A stretch of 64,000 nucleotides of DNA from Sphyrna mokarran (lineage: Eukaryota): contig JAGIQG010000003.1 in assembly GCA_024679065.1 (NCBI GenBank), positions 106,516,001-106,580,000 on the forward strand, written 5' to 3'. A program made the translations under genes and the position numbers. A model generated the notes under the pieces. The model had not been told where the DNA came from and made no database searches. It saw nothing but the letters and a program-made list of their open reading frames with translations. This document shows, piece after piece, positions 25,900 through 37,805 of this stretch. Each line of letters opens with the position of its first letter. The first letter of the stretch is position 1.

Positions 25900-27774
25900 G
25901 TTTTGTATGCAGAATATCCTGGGGCAAGTCTCAGTGCCAGGTTTCCCCAAGCAACTCTCCATTTGGTCACAGCCCACACAAATGGAGAATGTCTCATCCC
26001 TCTGTATCTTACATTAAGTCTATACATTGCGACAACAGATTTATTGCTGAACTGGACAAATCCTTCAGGAACAAAGCCAAGAGGACTGAGACCTCTGCCT
26101 CTGAGGACTGAGGCAGCAAGTATCTTTCCCAATTTATTTTTCATTAGAGTGGGCATAGTAGTAATACAATATTGGGAAGTCAATTGGCTGGTTTGTTAGT
26201 TTCCCCAAAATCATGGGTTCAATTTAAGTACTGGCTAAGGTTATTCACATCTTCTCAACCTTGCCTCTTGTCTGAGTGTGGTAATTCTCAGGTTAAATCA
26301 CCAGCACTCAGTTATCCCCTTCAAAGAGGAGAATAGTCTATGGTCATCTGGGACAATGCTGACTTTAATGTAACATTGAACTGCAGGTAGTTTGGACATG
26401 TACAATTTAACACATAAAGACTGAATTGTATTAGCTTGAGTATGTAAGAACATAGCAAGGTACTGGATATGTTTAGTAGTTAATGAAGTGATGATCATCA
26501 GATATTGTGGCTGAAAAAGCTGGATTTATGCAAATTGCTTCCAAGAGAACAATAAGCAGAGGTAGTACAGATTCTTCATTCTATTGATCATGCTACACAG
26601 GACTGAATGACGTAAAGTGTGGCTTTATTGTTCTCTTGGATCAAGAGACAAGACTGGTTTTTACTTTTCATTTTCTCGAAAGATGATGTAAGCACAACTG
26701 TGTTTTTCTAAAATAAACATAAAAACAATTAATTCCAAGAAAGCTCAAAGCCACTGTCAAGGTGCAAAATTTAATCTGTTTTTAATATTCACATCACTCA
26801 GAATGCTGAAAAGGTTTCAGATTGATCTCAACACAATGGTTTTATAAAGTAAGGTCAGAACCGTAGACAAAGAATTTAATTTACTGCAAAATTCAACAAA
26901 AGCAAAATCTTCCCATGTGGATCAGTGAAGTGGGAATTCCATTGCCAATCCATTTATAAGTCTGCTTTCAGCAAATGTGGAAACCATTTAGTTTTAAATT
27001 GAATTTAAAACCAATGATTGTTGTTATAACTGAAAAAGTTACGTAAATACTGCTGTCATCACCATTAACTAACAGAAGAATTCAAAATTATCAAACGTAT
27101 CTTCTTAGGAAGCATTTTTTAAAAATAAATTTTATTATAAGCAGTTACTATTTAATGAAGCTTTAGTAGGTGCAACAAAAATTGCCGCACCAGTATGATA
27201 GCATGCAGATTTTTGTATGAAATCCTTAGAAAGTTGTGCAGCTGAGTATACTATATCACTGAAGACAAGGCACTTTCCAGATTTAAGGTCACATTTTAAA
27301 AAGACACACAAAAATAGCATGTTTAGAAATGTTCTAATAAAAGCAATGCAAAAGCAATACAAAAATACTTTTGTAGAATTTCAGACCAAAAATTAATTTT
27401 TGATCCAAAACTCAAAATTTAAATAAAATATACATTCTGAAAAATAGTGTCAGCTGGTATAAGGATTCCTTGCCCACCTTTACCTAATCTTCGAATGATT
27501 GTAAATAAATCGGCTTGGTATTAATTCATTTCTAACCTCATTGGGGAATTACACTGGAAAATATGCACATTTTAAAATTAAGTTCAAAGTCAATAAATAG
27601 CTATTAAGTATAAAAATAATAACATTTGCATAGTTCCATTCAGATCTTAATATATTCAGATTTCTATGGGAAATAGTTGAGAGAAGGCAGAAAAAGGATC
27701 AAAGCAACTAACCATCAAGAAAAACAAGCACGTTACCACAGAGTGGAAATATTGCTCTATTTGTAGTAACTGAC

Positions 27775-27921
27775 CTTAAACTGTTTTTCAAGCCTCATCT
27801 TCCCAGATATTCCTGGAATTAAAATGTTGTTGACATAACTGTGTAGTTGAGTAGCAGGTACTTCTGTCTCTTTCCCATGTATTGCTTCACGCAAGGCTTC
27901 ATGGATAAAAATGTACTGTTC
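27775..27921 (-). CDS. PTPRG: PTPRG exon, D1 end and linker: [49 protein letters not shown]
   Basis: 147 nt; ttttaAG / GTcagt. Confidence 0.95.
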
Positions 27922-28689
27922 CTTAAAAGCAAAGAACATACATGGGGTTGTTTATTTATGTTGTTACACTCACTGCATGTACAGTCTAATTTTAATATGA
28001 AAGGATCAGATGTTATTATTTTTCAGTGTTATGATTAAAAAGTTATCAACCTGAGATGTTAACACTGTTCTCTCTCCACAGACGCTGCCAAATTGTGGAT
28101 ATTCAGGCAATGTTTTCCCTGGGACACAGCTGTTTTAACACTTCTAATAGGTATTTGGGCTCTCAGCCCAAGTATACATAAATATGGGTTGGCAGAGAGC
28201 CCAGACATCTTGTATCTTGGAGAGAGTATCGATTGATTGACAACTCTGGCTCTCTGATTTCTGCCGTTAATTACACAAGGTTAAGTGGTTTCAAGAGTTT
28301 GGGGTTTTTGTTTTTGATAATGCAAAGGATCTGGACTATTGACAGTTCTATTGACTTGCAGTGAAATGACTTTCATTCAACATAGTAGAAAGTTATGAAT
28401 AAACTACTTCTATAAAGCTTTTTTCTTTATATGTACTTACATTACCACAAGCATTATGTCTTTTAGGGATAGCAGCCAGCATGTTATCATGAGATGGTGT
28501 GTCATTTAATCCCATTTCAATTTCACAATGCCAGCATTTACAAAAAGAATTGATGAAAGATTCTCTACTACAGAAACTGTAGAAAACCATCACTGAAAAA
28601 TACCTGATTCATCACGTCCGCAAACACATGAGACTATTTTGGCCTTACCAGGACATCTCCTGGGAAATCATTTTTTAAGGCAGGCAGGT

Positions 28690-30235
28690 CATTACATTGG
28701 AATCTTTGCGACCTATATTCTTCAACAACTTCAGCACTCACATGTGAGCATAGATTGGGTGAGAAGACTCACAAGAGAAACAATCTATTGGTCAGGTATG
28801 AAGAATGACATTGAAATCATCAATATGTGTGAGGCATAGCAAGAACAAATGCCAAATCAACATACAGAACCACTGATTCCATGTTTCTACTCATCCTTAG
28901 TCCAAAATCGCATCTGACCTCTTTCATTTCCATGGTTTCGATTTCATCATCATTATTGACTATATACTAAGTACTCCATTATTTACAATTGCACGATACA
29001 TCAAGCATAACTGTCATGTACATTCTAAGTGCTACTTTGGTGTGTCTGGAGAGTTCATTATGGATAATGATCTGCAAATTTATTAGTAAACCATTTCAGG
29101 ATTTGTGCAAGAGGTAGAATATTGATCACACTACTCCTCATTACTCTGGATCTAACAGCCGAGATAAATAAATGATTTGCATAGTGAAATCCCTAATTCT
29201 CAAATGCAGGCAGACGTAACAAGATCTATATGTTGTAATGTTACATCTGAGAGCAACACCTTTAAGTGAAATTATTCCATCACTGGCAGAGTTCTTGAGA
29301 ACAGTGCATATCTCTTTACCCACTCTTACCCTTTCTATTTTCTCAGACAGTAGAGAGTGACTTTTAAAGCTACAAAGAACATACCAACATCTACTATAAA
29401 AATGCAGGTACAGAATTGCCAAGCTTACAGTTGGTACAAAAGTTCCTATTCAAGATTTCAGAGAAAGTACATGGTAGCAAATGAAAATAACAATGATTTA
29501 TTCAGAATCAAGGTCCTATGAAGTAATTACACAGAAAGATGAAATAGAACATAGAACATTACAGCGCAGAACTGGCCCTTCGGCCTTCGATGTTGCGCCG
29601 ACCAATTATGATAAAAGCAATGACCCTCCAAACTAAACCATTCCCTTCTCTTCCATAAACTTATCAACTAACCTCTTAAACGCTACCAAACTTGGCGCAT
29701 CTCCAACTGCCACAGGCAGGGCATTCCACTCCCTAACCACCCTCTGGGTAAAGAACCTACCTCTGATATCCATCCCATAACTATCACCACTTAATTTAAA
29801 GCTGTGTCCCCTCGTGCTAGCTTTCTCCATCCTAGGAAAAAGACTATCACTGTCCACCCTATCTAAACCTCTAATCATCTTATATGTTTCGATAAGGTCC
29901 CCTCTTAGCCGCCTCCTTTCTAACGAAAACAACCTCAAATCCCTCAGCATCTCTTCATAAGACCTGCCCTCCATACCAGGCAACGTCCTGGTAAACCTCC
30001 TCTGTACCCTCTCCAATGCCTCCACATCTTTCGTATAATGTGGGGACCAGAACTGCACACAATACTCCAAGTGCGGCCGCACTAGAGTTTTGTACAGTTG
30101 CAACATGACGTTGCGGCTCTGAAATTCAATCCCCCTACCAATAAAAGCTAAGACTCCGTATGTCTTCTTAACAACCTTATCGACTTGACTGCCTAATAGT
30201 AATGTATAACTGAGGACAAATCAGATTAGATATTC
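28690..30235 (+). mobile_element. Degenerate Gypsy integrase region, interrupted by a CR1 copy
   Basis: ILQQLQHSH...TRETIYWSGMKNDIE...MCEA (HHCC zinc domain), SKIASDLFHFHG...IIDY, and RSYEV...GQIR across the CR1. Confidence 0.75.
29544..30195 (-). mobile_element. Young 5'-truncated CR1 copy, same subfamily as 21522-23803
   Basis: ORF 29633..30106 is nearly identical to the C-terminus of the larger copy; same 3' UTR. Confidence 0.95.
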
Positions 30236-31113
30236 TTATAGATCCAAAACAAACTTTAAAAAAATAGCCAGGGACTTCATCCTGGATAATATACCAGAGA
30301 CTGAAACTTATAAGCAACTTATTGATTGCAAATTCATCTCACAAATTTTGAATATGCAATATCAACTCATCAAGATACAAGGTCCATTAATATGAACCTA
30401 CAAGCAGCAGGTTATCCAGAGATTCACCCAGACAACTTCAGATGGACTACTGAATTGGAACTAGAGATGCTAAAGATTAAAGACAATCTAAACTTTAAAG
30501 TACTTTTTAAAGTCAAAAATAGCTGCCGAACAAATATGCAAACCAAATCCTCAAGATGTTTGTATTTGAATTGATGACTTGCTATCTTTCTTGGATACTT
30601 GATAAAGTCAGCACAATACTTGCATTAATGTAATGCCTTTCTCATAGAAGACATCAGGAACAACAGTGCATCAGCAGGGGTTGCCCCACTTTCTATGAAT
30701 GATCCTATCTTTTAATTCCATGTGCACGGTGACAGAAACACAAGAGATAGGAGCATGAAAAAATTATTTATTTTTATCGCTACCATTAACTTACCAACTC
30801 ATGTGTTTCATCTATTTTGAGCTATAAATTAGGGGTGTTTCATTTTTGTGGAACCAGTAGTGCATCATTACTCTTGACACCATATTCTAAATATAAACTC
30901 TCTCAACCCACACAGGAAGAGAATTTAAATTCTGCTAATACATACCAGCCAGACGCCAGGCTTTGAGTCTAAATATCACATCTATTTGTTGAAACCGACC
31001 CTGGAGGTGCAAACCAGTATTTGTTAAATTGTGTCAAGCCTTATCTTGGTAACTCTGCCCCATTTTAGCCTGAAATCAGTACAGACTCTATGCCACTTAT
31101 AATTAATATTTAC

Positions 31114-31249
31114 CTCTGTCTGGACGAGATAGTTCCTTTGAGTCCTGATGTGTTTAAGAAAGCCGAGGACATTAACTGTGTTTTTATCTTTTATTTGTTT
31201 CAGCATGCTATCGAGCACAATATATGTTCCAGTTCTGCCAACACCAGCA
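31114..31249 (-). CDS. PTPRG: PTPRG exon: (S)[45 protein letters not shown]
   Basis: 136 nt; ctatctAG / GTaaat; completes P-loop HCSAGVGR, Q-loop. Confidence 0.96.
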
Positions 31250-32836
31250 CTAGATAGGGAATAAAGGGAATAAGGAATTAGCATACTATACACAAGCACA
31301 GCACGAACAGTGTAAAAATGTGATCTATCTGCAAGATCAAATGATAATTATGTTGATTAAATTACTATGCTTGCACTATTAAAGGCTTTTTGTTAATTCG
31401 ATGGAAACACTTCATTATATGACTGCTCCCTATATTCATTAATAAATGGTTCAATATATGGTATTTAATTGAATACACAAGTGTAATTATTAACAAGAGC
31501 AATCTTGGCTTCAGAAGCGTTATGTTTAGTCAGAAATGATTAACATACACACAGCTGCATGGCCAAACTACTTATCTTGGTTACTTCTCCCAAGATACGC
31601 TATCATTTTTCCCATTTTCTTTCTGTTCCATTTTCCCCTATGACATCAGGCCTGGTAAATAGGTTCCTCTAATCCCTCTGTCACTGATATTCTTGAGTTG
31701 GTTCTTGATAACAACTGAGAATTTCTAAGTGATAAATGGGTCGCCAATACCCGTTCCAATATTCTCCCCATCCTCTACTGCTCCCACCTTTGTGGAAACT
31801 CTTGCCACCACTCTGAAGGGCAAACAAAATCATCAACTCAACAAAGTGGGGATTGAAACAATGTCCCAAGATTCAGTTACTCAATGCATTTGACCACCAT
31901 CTGCATTACCCACCTTCGATTTTCTGGAATTGCCTTCAATAAACACACTGCCTGGAGTTTTTGCTCATGGTACAATTGGGAAAAATCTGCCTATAATGCT
32001 ACATACACAGAACTGAATCTGCCACAGAAAACTCATGCCAAATTTGCACTCAAACTCATTTGCAAGCCTGAACGTAAAATCTCCCAAGTATCAGGACAGT
32101 GAAGTAATATTTTTGATTGTAATTGATTATTGACTCAAACAACAGGGCCTCAAGATTATTAAATTAAATTAATTTTTGAAAGTTTGTTCACGCAATGCCC
32201 GCATCTGAAGACATATGACACCCAGTGATTTCAACTGCCTGCAGGTCATAGGTCTTATGTACCAAGGACAGACCAAACTACGGAACTTTGACTAATTTAA
32301 AATGAATTTTAAGCATTCTAATATAGCAACAGTATGTGGCGCAGACCTAATTGAGGCTTCAATTAACTGCTGATCACTGCAGCTGCACATCATTAATGTA
32401 GGATTAATGTGACCAAAGATGCCCTTGCAATCAAACTTCTAAATGCAATAAGAAGAATCTGGATCAGACGCAACTGACAGAAATTCACCATGATAACATG
32501 GGAACATGGATCGTTTTCTGAACAAGAGTTACTTCAGCCAAACTGACTTTTGAACTCAATGCAAAAGATCATGAAAGCTCAAGGGTAGGTGGTTCCAGGC
32601 ATAATTCAAAAATGTTTTAAATTCCACAATCCTTTGCATTATTTTAGTCAATTCTGCCTGGATTCTGTGATAATTCGGTGGAAACCATAAACTCCAGCAC
32701 ATTGTTGTTGCAACCAGAAGGATGAATGATCCTTAACATGAAAACTAATTGCACCCAAGGAGCTGAATCCAATGCAGTGTCATGCACAATTACATTTCTC
32801 TCAAACATTTGAGGAAAAATTAATATTTCTATATAC

Positions 32837-33009
32837 CTGCAATGTACTACTACTGGTCCCATGTCTGGTATCTGAGCTGCAGATGACTTTCTTACGAAGG
32901 TGAGTACAGGAAGTGCATATTCTGGTACCCCCATATCAGGCCATTGTGTATAGTGATATTGGATAACCATCCGTTCATTCTGACGACCCTTGGGGTTTCC
33001 CTTTTGTCC
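32837..33009 (-). CDS. PTPRG: PTPRG exon: [57 protein letters not shown](S)
   Basis: 173 nt; ttacAG / GTatat; WPD loop and catalytic Cys; within ORF 32644..33261. Confidence 0.96.
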
Positions 33010-33120
33010 CTGTAACAACAGTTTGTCAGCATCAATGAATATATAAAATATGTGAATATGTAGCACTTTTATCTGGAGGATGGAGGTGAATCTAAAACTG
33101 TGCCAACCAGGACATCTTGT

Positions 33121-33427
33121 GGGTGGCACGGTGGATAGCACTGCTGTCTCATGGCTCCAGGAACCTGGGTTCAATTCCAGTCTCTGTGGAGTTTGCACAT
33201 TCTCCTTTTGTCTAAATTCAGTGTTGTCCGGGTGCTCTGGTTTCCTCCCACAGTCCAACAATGTGTGGATTAAATTGATTGGCCATGCTAAGTTGACCCT
33301 AACATCAGGCAGATTAGCAGGATAAACGTATGGGGTTACAGAAATAGAGCCTGGATGGGATTGTGATTGGTATAGACTCGACGGACCAAATAGCTTCTTC
33401 TATATTATAGGAATTCTATGATTTTAT
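33121..33427 (+). mobile_element. HE1-like SINE with CR1/HER1-type tail
   Basis: gggtggcacggtgg..agcactgctg head, gggttcaattcc B-box, gggtgctctggtttcctcccacagtcca V core, tail ending ttctatgatttt. Confidence 0.8.
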
Positions 33428-34164
33428 CACAACTAGACCCAACGCTCAAGTGTAATATTTATTTCTGCAATTTGGATTGAAACATGCAATTATAAGACAA
33501 AAAAAGCGAACATTTTGAATATCTTCTGAAAAGTATAATAAATCCAATACAATCAGAATTAAACCAGCTAATGCTGATTTATACTTTAAATGGTTAACAT
33601 CAAGAAAAAATGATCGCAATACAAATTCACTTATTTATTAGGTGCAATTCAGAACTGAATGGTGATGAAATCAATGCCATTTTTATTCCAAATTGCTCTT
33701 ATGTTGTAACGCCTGTAAACAGACAAAATTTTGATTATCTTAAATTTTTACATTTTTACATTTTACATTTTACATCTTACATTTTCGTAACCTCCCTTCC
33801 TAAGGTCTTCCTAGATGAAATAGCATTCTCTGATCGGAAAAAAGAGGTGAGCAGAAGAGTCAAGCAACTAATCAGTGATCACTCCTCTAAAAATGTTTGA
33901 AAACTAAACTCCCAATTGATTTATTTGACTTTTACAAGTGTGAATATTGCTCTGCACCCATTGTCAGAAAGCTATTTTCTTCTGGTTCTAAATTAGTGAA
34001 TCATTGCTTCAGCACAGTTCATGTTCCCCAGTCAAAGCAAGTTTTAAAAGAAAAATATATACTTAGGAGAAAAATGAAAAATCAGCATGTTCAACTTGTT
34101 AATATTATCCATGGTACAAAGAAACAAAATTTACATCTCTGAAAATTAAAGATGGACAGCCACT

Positions 34165-34390
34165 GTATGCTGACATACTCTCTTCCACCTTCTTCTGTCA
34201 AGAAAATGATACAAAAGTGTAAGGTCACGTATCAACCAACTCAACAACAGCTTCTTCCCCGCTGTCATCAGACTTTTGTTTGGACTTATCATATATCTTT
34301 CTCTACACTCTAGCTCTGAGTGTAACACTACATTCTGCATTCTCTCCTTTCCTTCTCCTTTCTGTACTCCATTAACAGTATGTTTTGGCT
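34165..34390 (+). mobile_element. Rex1/Babar-like (L2-group) LINE 3' fragment
   Basis: Translates roughly HTLFHLLLS.K.YKSVRSRINQLNNSFFPAVIRLL; related minus-strand copy at 53830-54410. Confidence 0.55.
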
Positions 34391-34811
34391 GTGAGGTTCT
34401 AAAGGATGGAATTTGGACTGATTCGGGGTCTGAGGGAGAAATGTGCTGAGGGGGACAGGGCTGTGCAGTTGGTTGAGTAGTGGGTCTGTGAGGGAAGGAG
34501 GCTGAGTGAGGTCTGAGGGGCTGAGTGAGACTCTGATGAGGGATGAGGCTGAGTGAGAGTCTGAACGGGAGGGGGGATGGGCCTTAGTGGGATGTCTGAG
34601 GAGGAAGTATGAGGGGAGAAGGTCAAGTCGGGTAACCCTCATGCCTGCATGATGTGGGTGGATGTAACCTGTTAATTGAGTGGTGATGGTGAGGATGCCC
34701 CTCTTTGCTGAGGGGTTGATGGTGCTGCCCAGGATCTTTGAGCCCAGCTGGTACATTTCCTGCTGAAAAAGGCTGGTGAATGGCGGACGATGTGTTTTAA
34801 AGTTTTTAAAA

Positions 34812-35100
34812 TTCATTTATTAGTCAGAAGCAGATTTACAATAACATTGCAATGACGTTACTTGAAAATCCCTGTGTGTCGCCACACTCCGGCACTTATT
34901 AGGGTACTCTTGAGAGAGAATTTAGCACAGTCAATGCACCTAACCAGCACATCTTTCAGATTGTAGGAGGAAACATGAACACCCAGAGGAAATCCAAACA
35001 GGCACAGGGAAAACGTGCAAACTCTGCACAGACGTGACTTAATCTGGGAATTGAGCCCGGATCCTTAGCGCTGTGAGGCAGCACTGTAACCATTGTGCCA
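34812..35100 (-). mobile_element. tRNA-derived V-SINE (HE1-like head)
   Basis: Aligns with the 12520-12802 and 25643-25899 copies. Confidence 0.8.
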
Positions 35101-35358
35101 ATATGGTCTGGTGAATGGGCCATCAATCCCACTAACTATATTACAATTAGCAGGTTTGCATAATTATTAAGTTGCCACCTGTATGAATCCAACCGGATGG
35201 GTGAATCCTGATAGCCCTCATGCCCGGTGGGAATCCTGATTTTTAGGAGACAATTGGGAATTGGGATTCCTGCCACCCATCTGACAAGAACAGTGAATGC
35301 CCTCCTCCACTTGTGTCTGTTTAAGTATAAGAAGACACATTTATATTTCTACACTTAC

Positions 35359-35493
35359 CTTTTTAACTTTGGTGTTCCTTATAGTGAAGCGGCGTACAGT
35401 GCAACATGCCCGTACTTTTGTACTCTTCAAGGTAACAATAATATTGCCGTACTCTTCGTTGTTCTCACTTGGCCAGTACTGATCACATTTTCG
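35359..35493 (-). CDS. PTPRG: PTPRG exon: [45 protein letters not shown]
   Basis: 135 nt; poly-T tract + AG / GTaagt; KCxQYWP motif. Confidence 0.95.
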
Positions 35494-35574
35494 CTAAAAA
35501 AAAAGACATAGAGAAGTTTAATTCTATTCAGAAAGTGCCACAACAAAATATCAAAATTACAGTACATTTTGTGC

Positions 35575-36140
35575 TAGCTATGGCTCCATTCATAGCACAC
35601 TTTCTTCTGAGTGAGTAGCTTGTAAGTTCAAGTCCTACTTCAAGACTTGAGCACAAAAATCAAGTTGACATTGCAGTATTGAAGGAGTGCTGCACTGTTA
35701 GGAGTACTATCCTTGGATGAAGTGTTGAAATGATCGTGCCCTCTCAGGTGAATGTAAAAAACCCCACAATTTCTTCTCTAAAACAATGGGGGAGCAATGC
35801 TCAGTGTTATATTCAATATTTAACAGTCACAAAACAGATTATCTGAACATTATCATATTGCTTGTGGAAGCCTACTCTGTGCAAATCACTGTAGCATTTT
35901 CCATTTACAACAGTGACTACACTTCAGAAGTATTGCATTGGTACTTAGCCCCTTAGTGTCAAGGAGATTATCAGGGTAAATAAGTGGAGTTACGGAGAAT
36001 AGGCCTGGGTAGGATTGTTGTCCGTGCAGACTCAATGGACTGAATGGCCTTTTTCAGCACTGTAGGGATTCTATAATTAGCTGAAGCCACTTTGGGACAT
36101 CCTGTGGCCATAAAAGCTGCTGTAAAAAGGCAAATCCTTT
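35575..36140 (+). mobile_element. Deu-domain SINE (SacSINE1-like) with a nested HE1 3' fragment at about 35947-36076
   Basis: tRNA-like head (gttcaagtcc), Deu-like core ctctcaggtgaatgtaaaa..acagtgactacacttc; the inserted block resembles the tail of 33121-33427. Confidence 0.65.
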
Positions 36141-36263
36141 TTTCTTTTCAATGCAATTAACAGGCTGTGACAGTTGTATTTGAACTTCCAACTCTCATTT
36201 AATGTTAATTACTGGGCTGATGGGCTGACGACACTTTGGTTTCTTCATAGCATGAATTATTTA

Positions 36264-36476
<213 letters not shown>

Positions 36477-37045
36477 TCAAGGGGAAAAAGGGGAGGAAAA
36501 AAAACATTAAAAAGAAGCATTGATGTGCAACCCAAAAATTCAAACACTGAAAACGAAAATTTCATCATAACCTCTTCAAGCTGTGAAGGCTCTGACATCC
36601 TGGTAACATAAAACTCACTTTCATTTCTTCGGCAGAATCTTAACTAAAAATTAGTGTAACTTCTCTGCACTAATGTAAAAATTCAATTATTCAAAAATCA
36701 CACAATTTATATCCATATAATTCTCAAGATTTTTCTTTACTCCGTATCTTCTATTCTGCTGGAACAAAAAATTCTGCTTTAAAAATACAATTTTATGCAA
36801 GCACAGGAACTGGACTGAAGATTGAAACTAATTTTATTTATATTTTATCACAAAAAAAGTGAGAGAAAAAAGAATATTAGCTTATTCATCTCTGCCTGAG
36901 CTAGAGTTAAACCTAGAACTTTGAAACCAAACAATATTTACAAATAGTGTTTGAATCCATGATACACCTAGTCCCTAATTCAATTCTAGAATTCTTTAAA
37001 TTGAATGAGCATGACAAATAGAGTAAATATAAAATAATGGCTTAC

Positions 37046-37128
37046 ATCAACATAATTGGCATTGATGTAGTCACTGTGCTTTGAATCCTTTCCTGGTATT
37101 GGCCTTAGCTTAACTCTGCTGTGATCAT
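37046..37128 (-). CDS. PTPRG: PTPRG exon: (Y)[27 protein letters not shown]
   Basis: 83 nt; ctgcAG / GTaagc; DxxRVxL and DYINAN PTP motifs. Confidence 0.95.
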
Positions 37129-37708
37129 CTGCAGAAGGAGAATATTAATCCACAAGAATAAATCAGTTTGCTCTTCATGTATATTTCAAATATTACTTCA
37201 CAAATTATAGGCCATGACAGATATTTAACAAATAAGACAGTACACTAATGAGTGAGGCCTGTCTGCTCAGTTGGCATGTTCAGAATAGTGCCTACATTAT
37301 GGATACAACTTCCATTCGAATTCAGATCTGCTTCCTAACCCTGTCTGAGAGTGAATGGCAGACTTTCTATCCACTCTCAGATAAGTATTAGAATGAAGTA
37401 TTAGCAGGCAAGGTGGCAAATAAAGACCTGTCTTTGGGAAGAGTGCACTTAAGTGAATGAATGAACACTGTAAACACAAAACAAGGACAATCAATGCCAT
37501 TGAAATAATTTACAACTGCTATTTAGGGCTAAATAATAATTTTTAGAAGCATTTTTAATCATTATAGTCTTGAGTGAACAACCCCAACAAGCTCAATGTT
37601 TTGTATACATGCTGCACTCCTTCACCACCCAATTCAGGAAAATTTCAGTGCAATATATTTGAAAGAGTGATTCAGATATTAATATATTTGTATCCAGCAT
37701 AGTCTTAC

Positions 37709-37805
37709 ATGCAACAATGTTGATGTATCGGTTTTTGTGCTTGTTATCTGGATGGTTGGAATGTTCTGATGTGATGTTCATATCAGTTGTACAGCGCTGC
37801 ACTTC
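37709..37805 (-). CDS. PTPRG: PTPRG exon, D1 start: [32 protein letters not shown](Y)
   Basis: 97 nt; ttttAG / GTaaga; KNRY pTyr-recognition motif. Confidence 0.95.

Noticed and set aside
28095-28345. Possible LTR (TG...CA block) upstream of the Gypsy integrase
   Set aside because: No second copy, primer-binding site or TSD visible
32644-33261. 205-aa ORF as a standalone gene
   Set aside because: Chimera of antisense SINE sequence, intron and one true PTPRG exon
33744-33785. (TTTTACA)n short tandem repeat
   Set aside because: Ordinary microsatellite-like run
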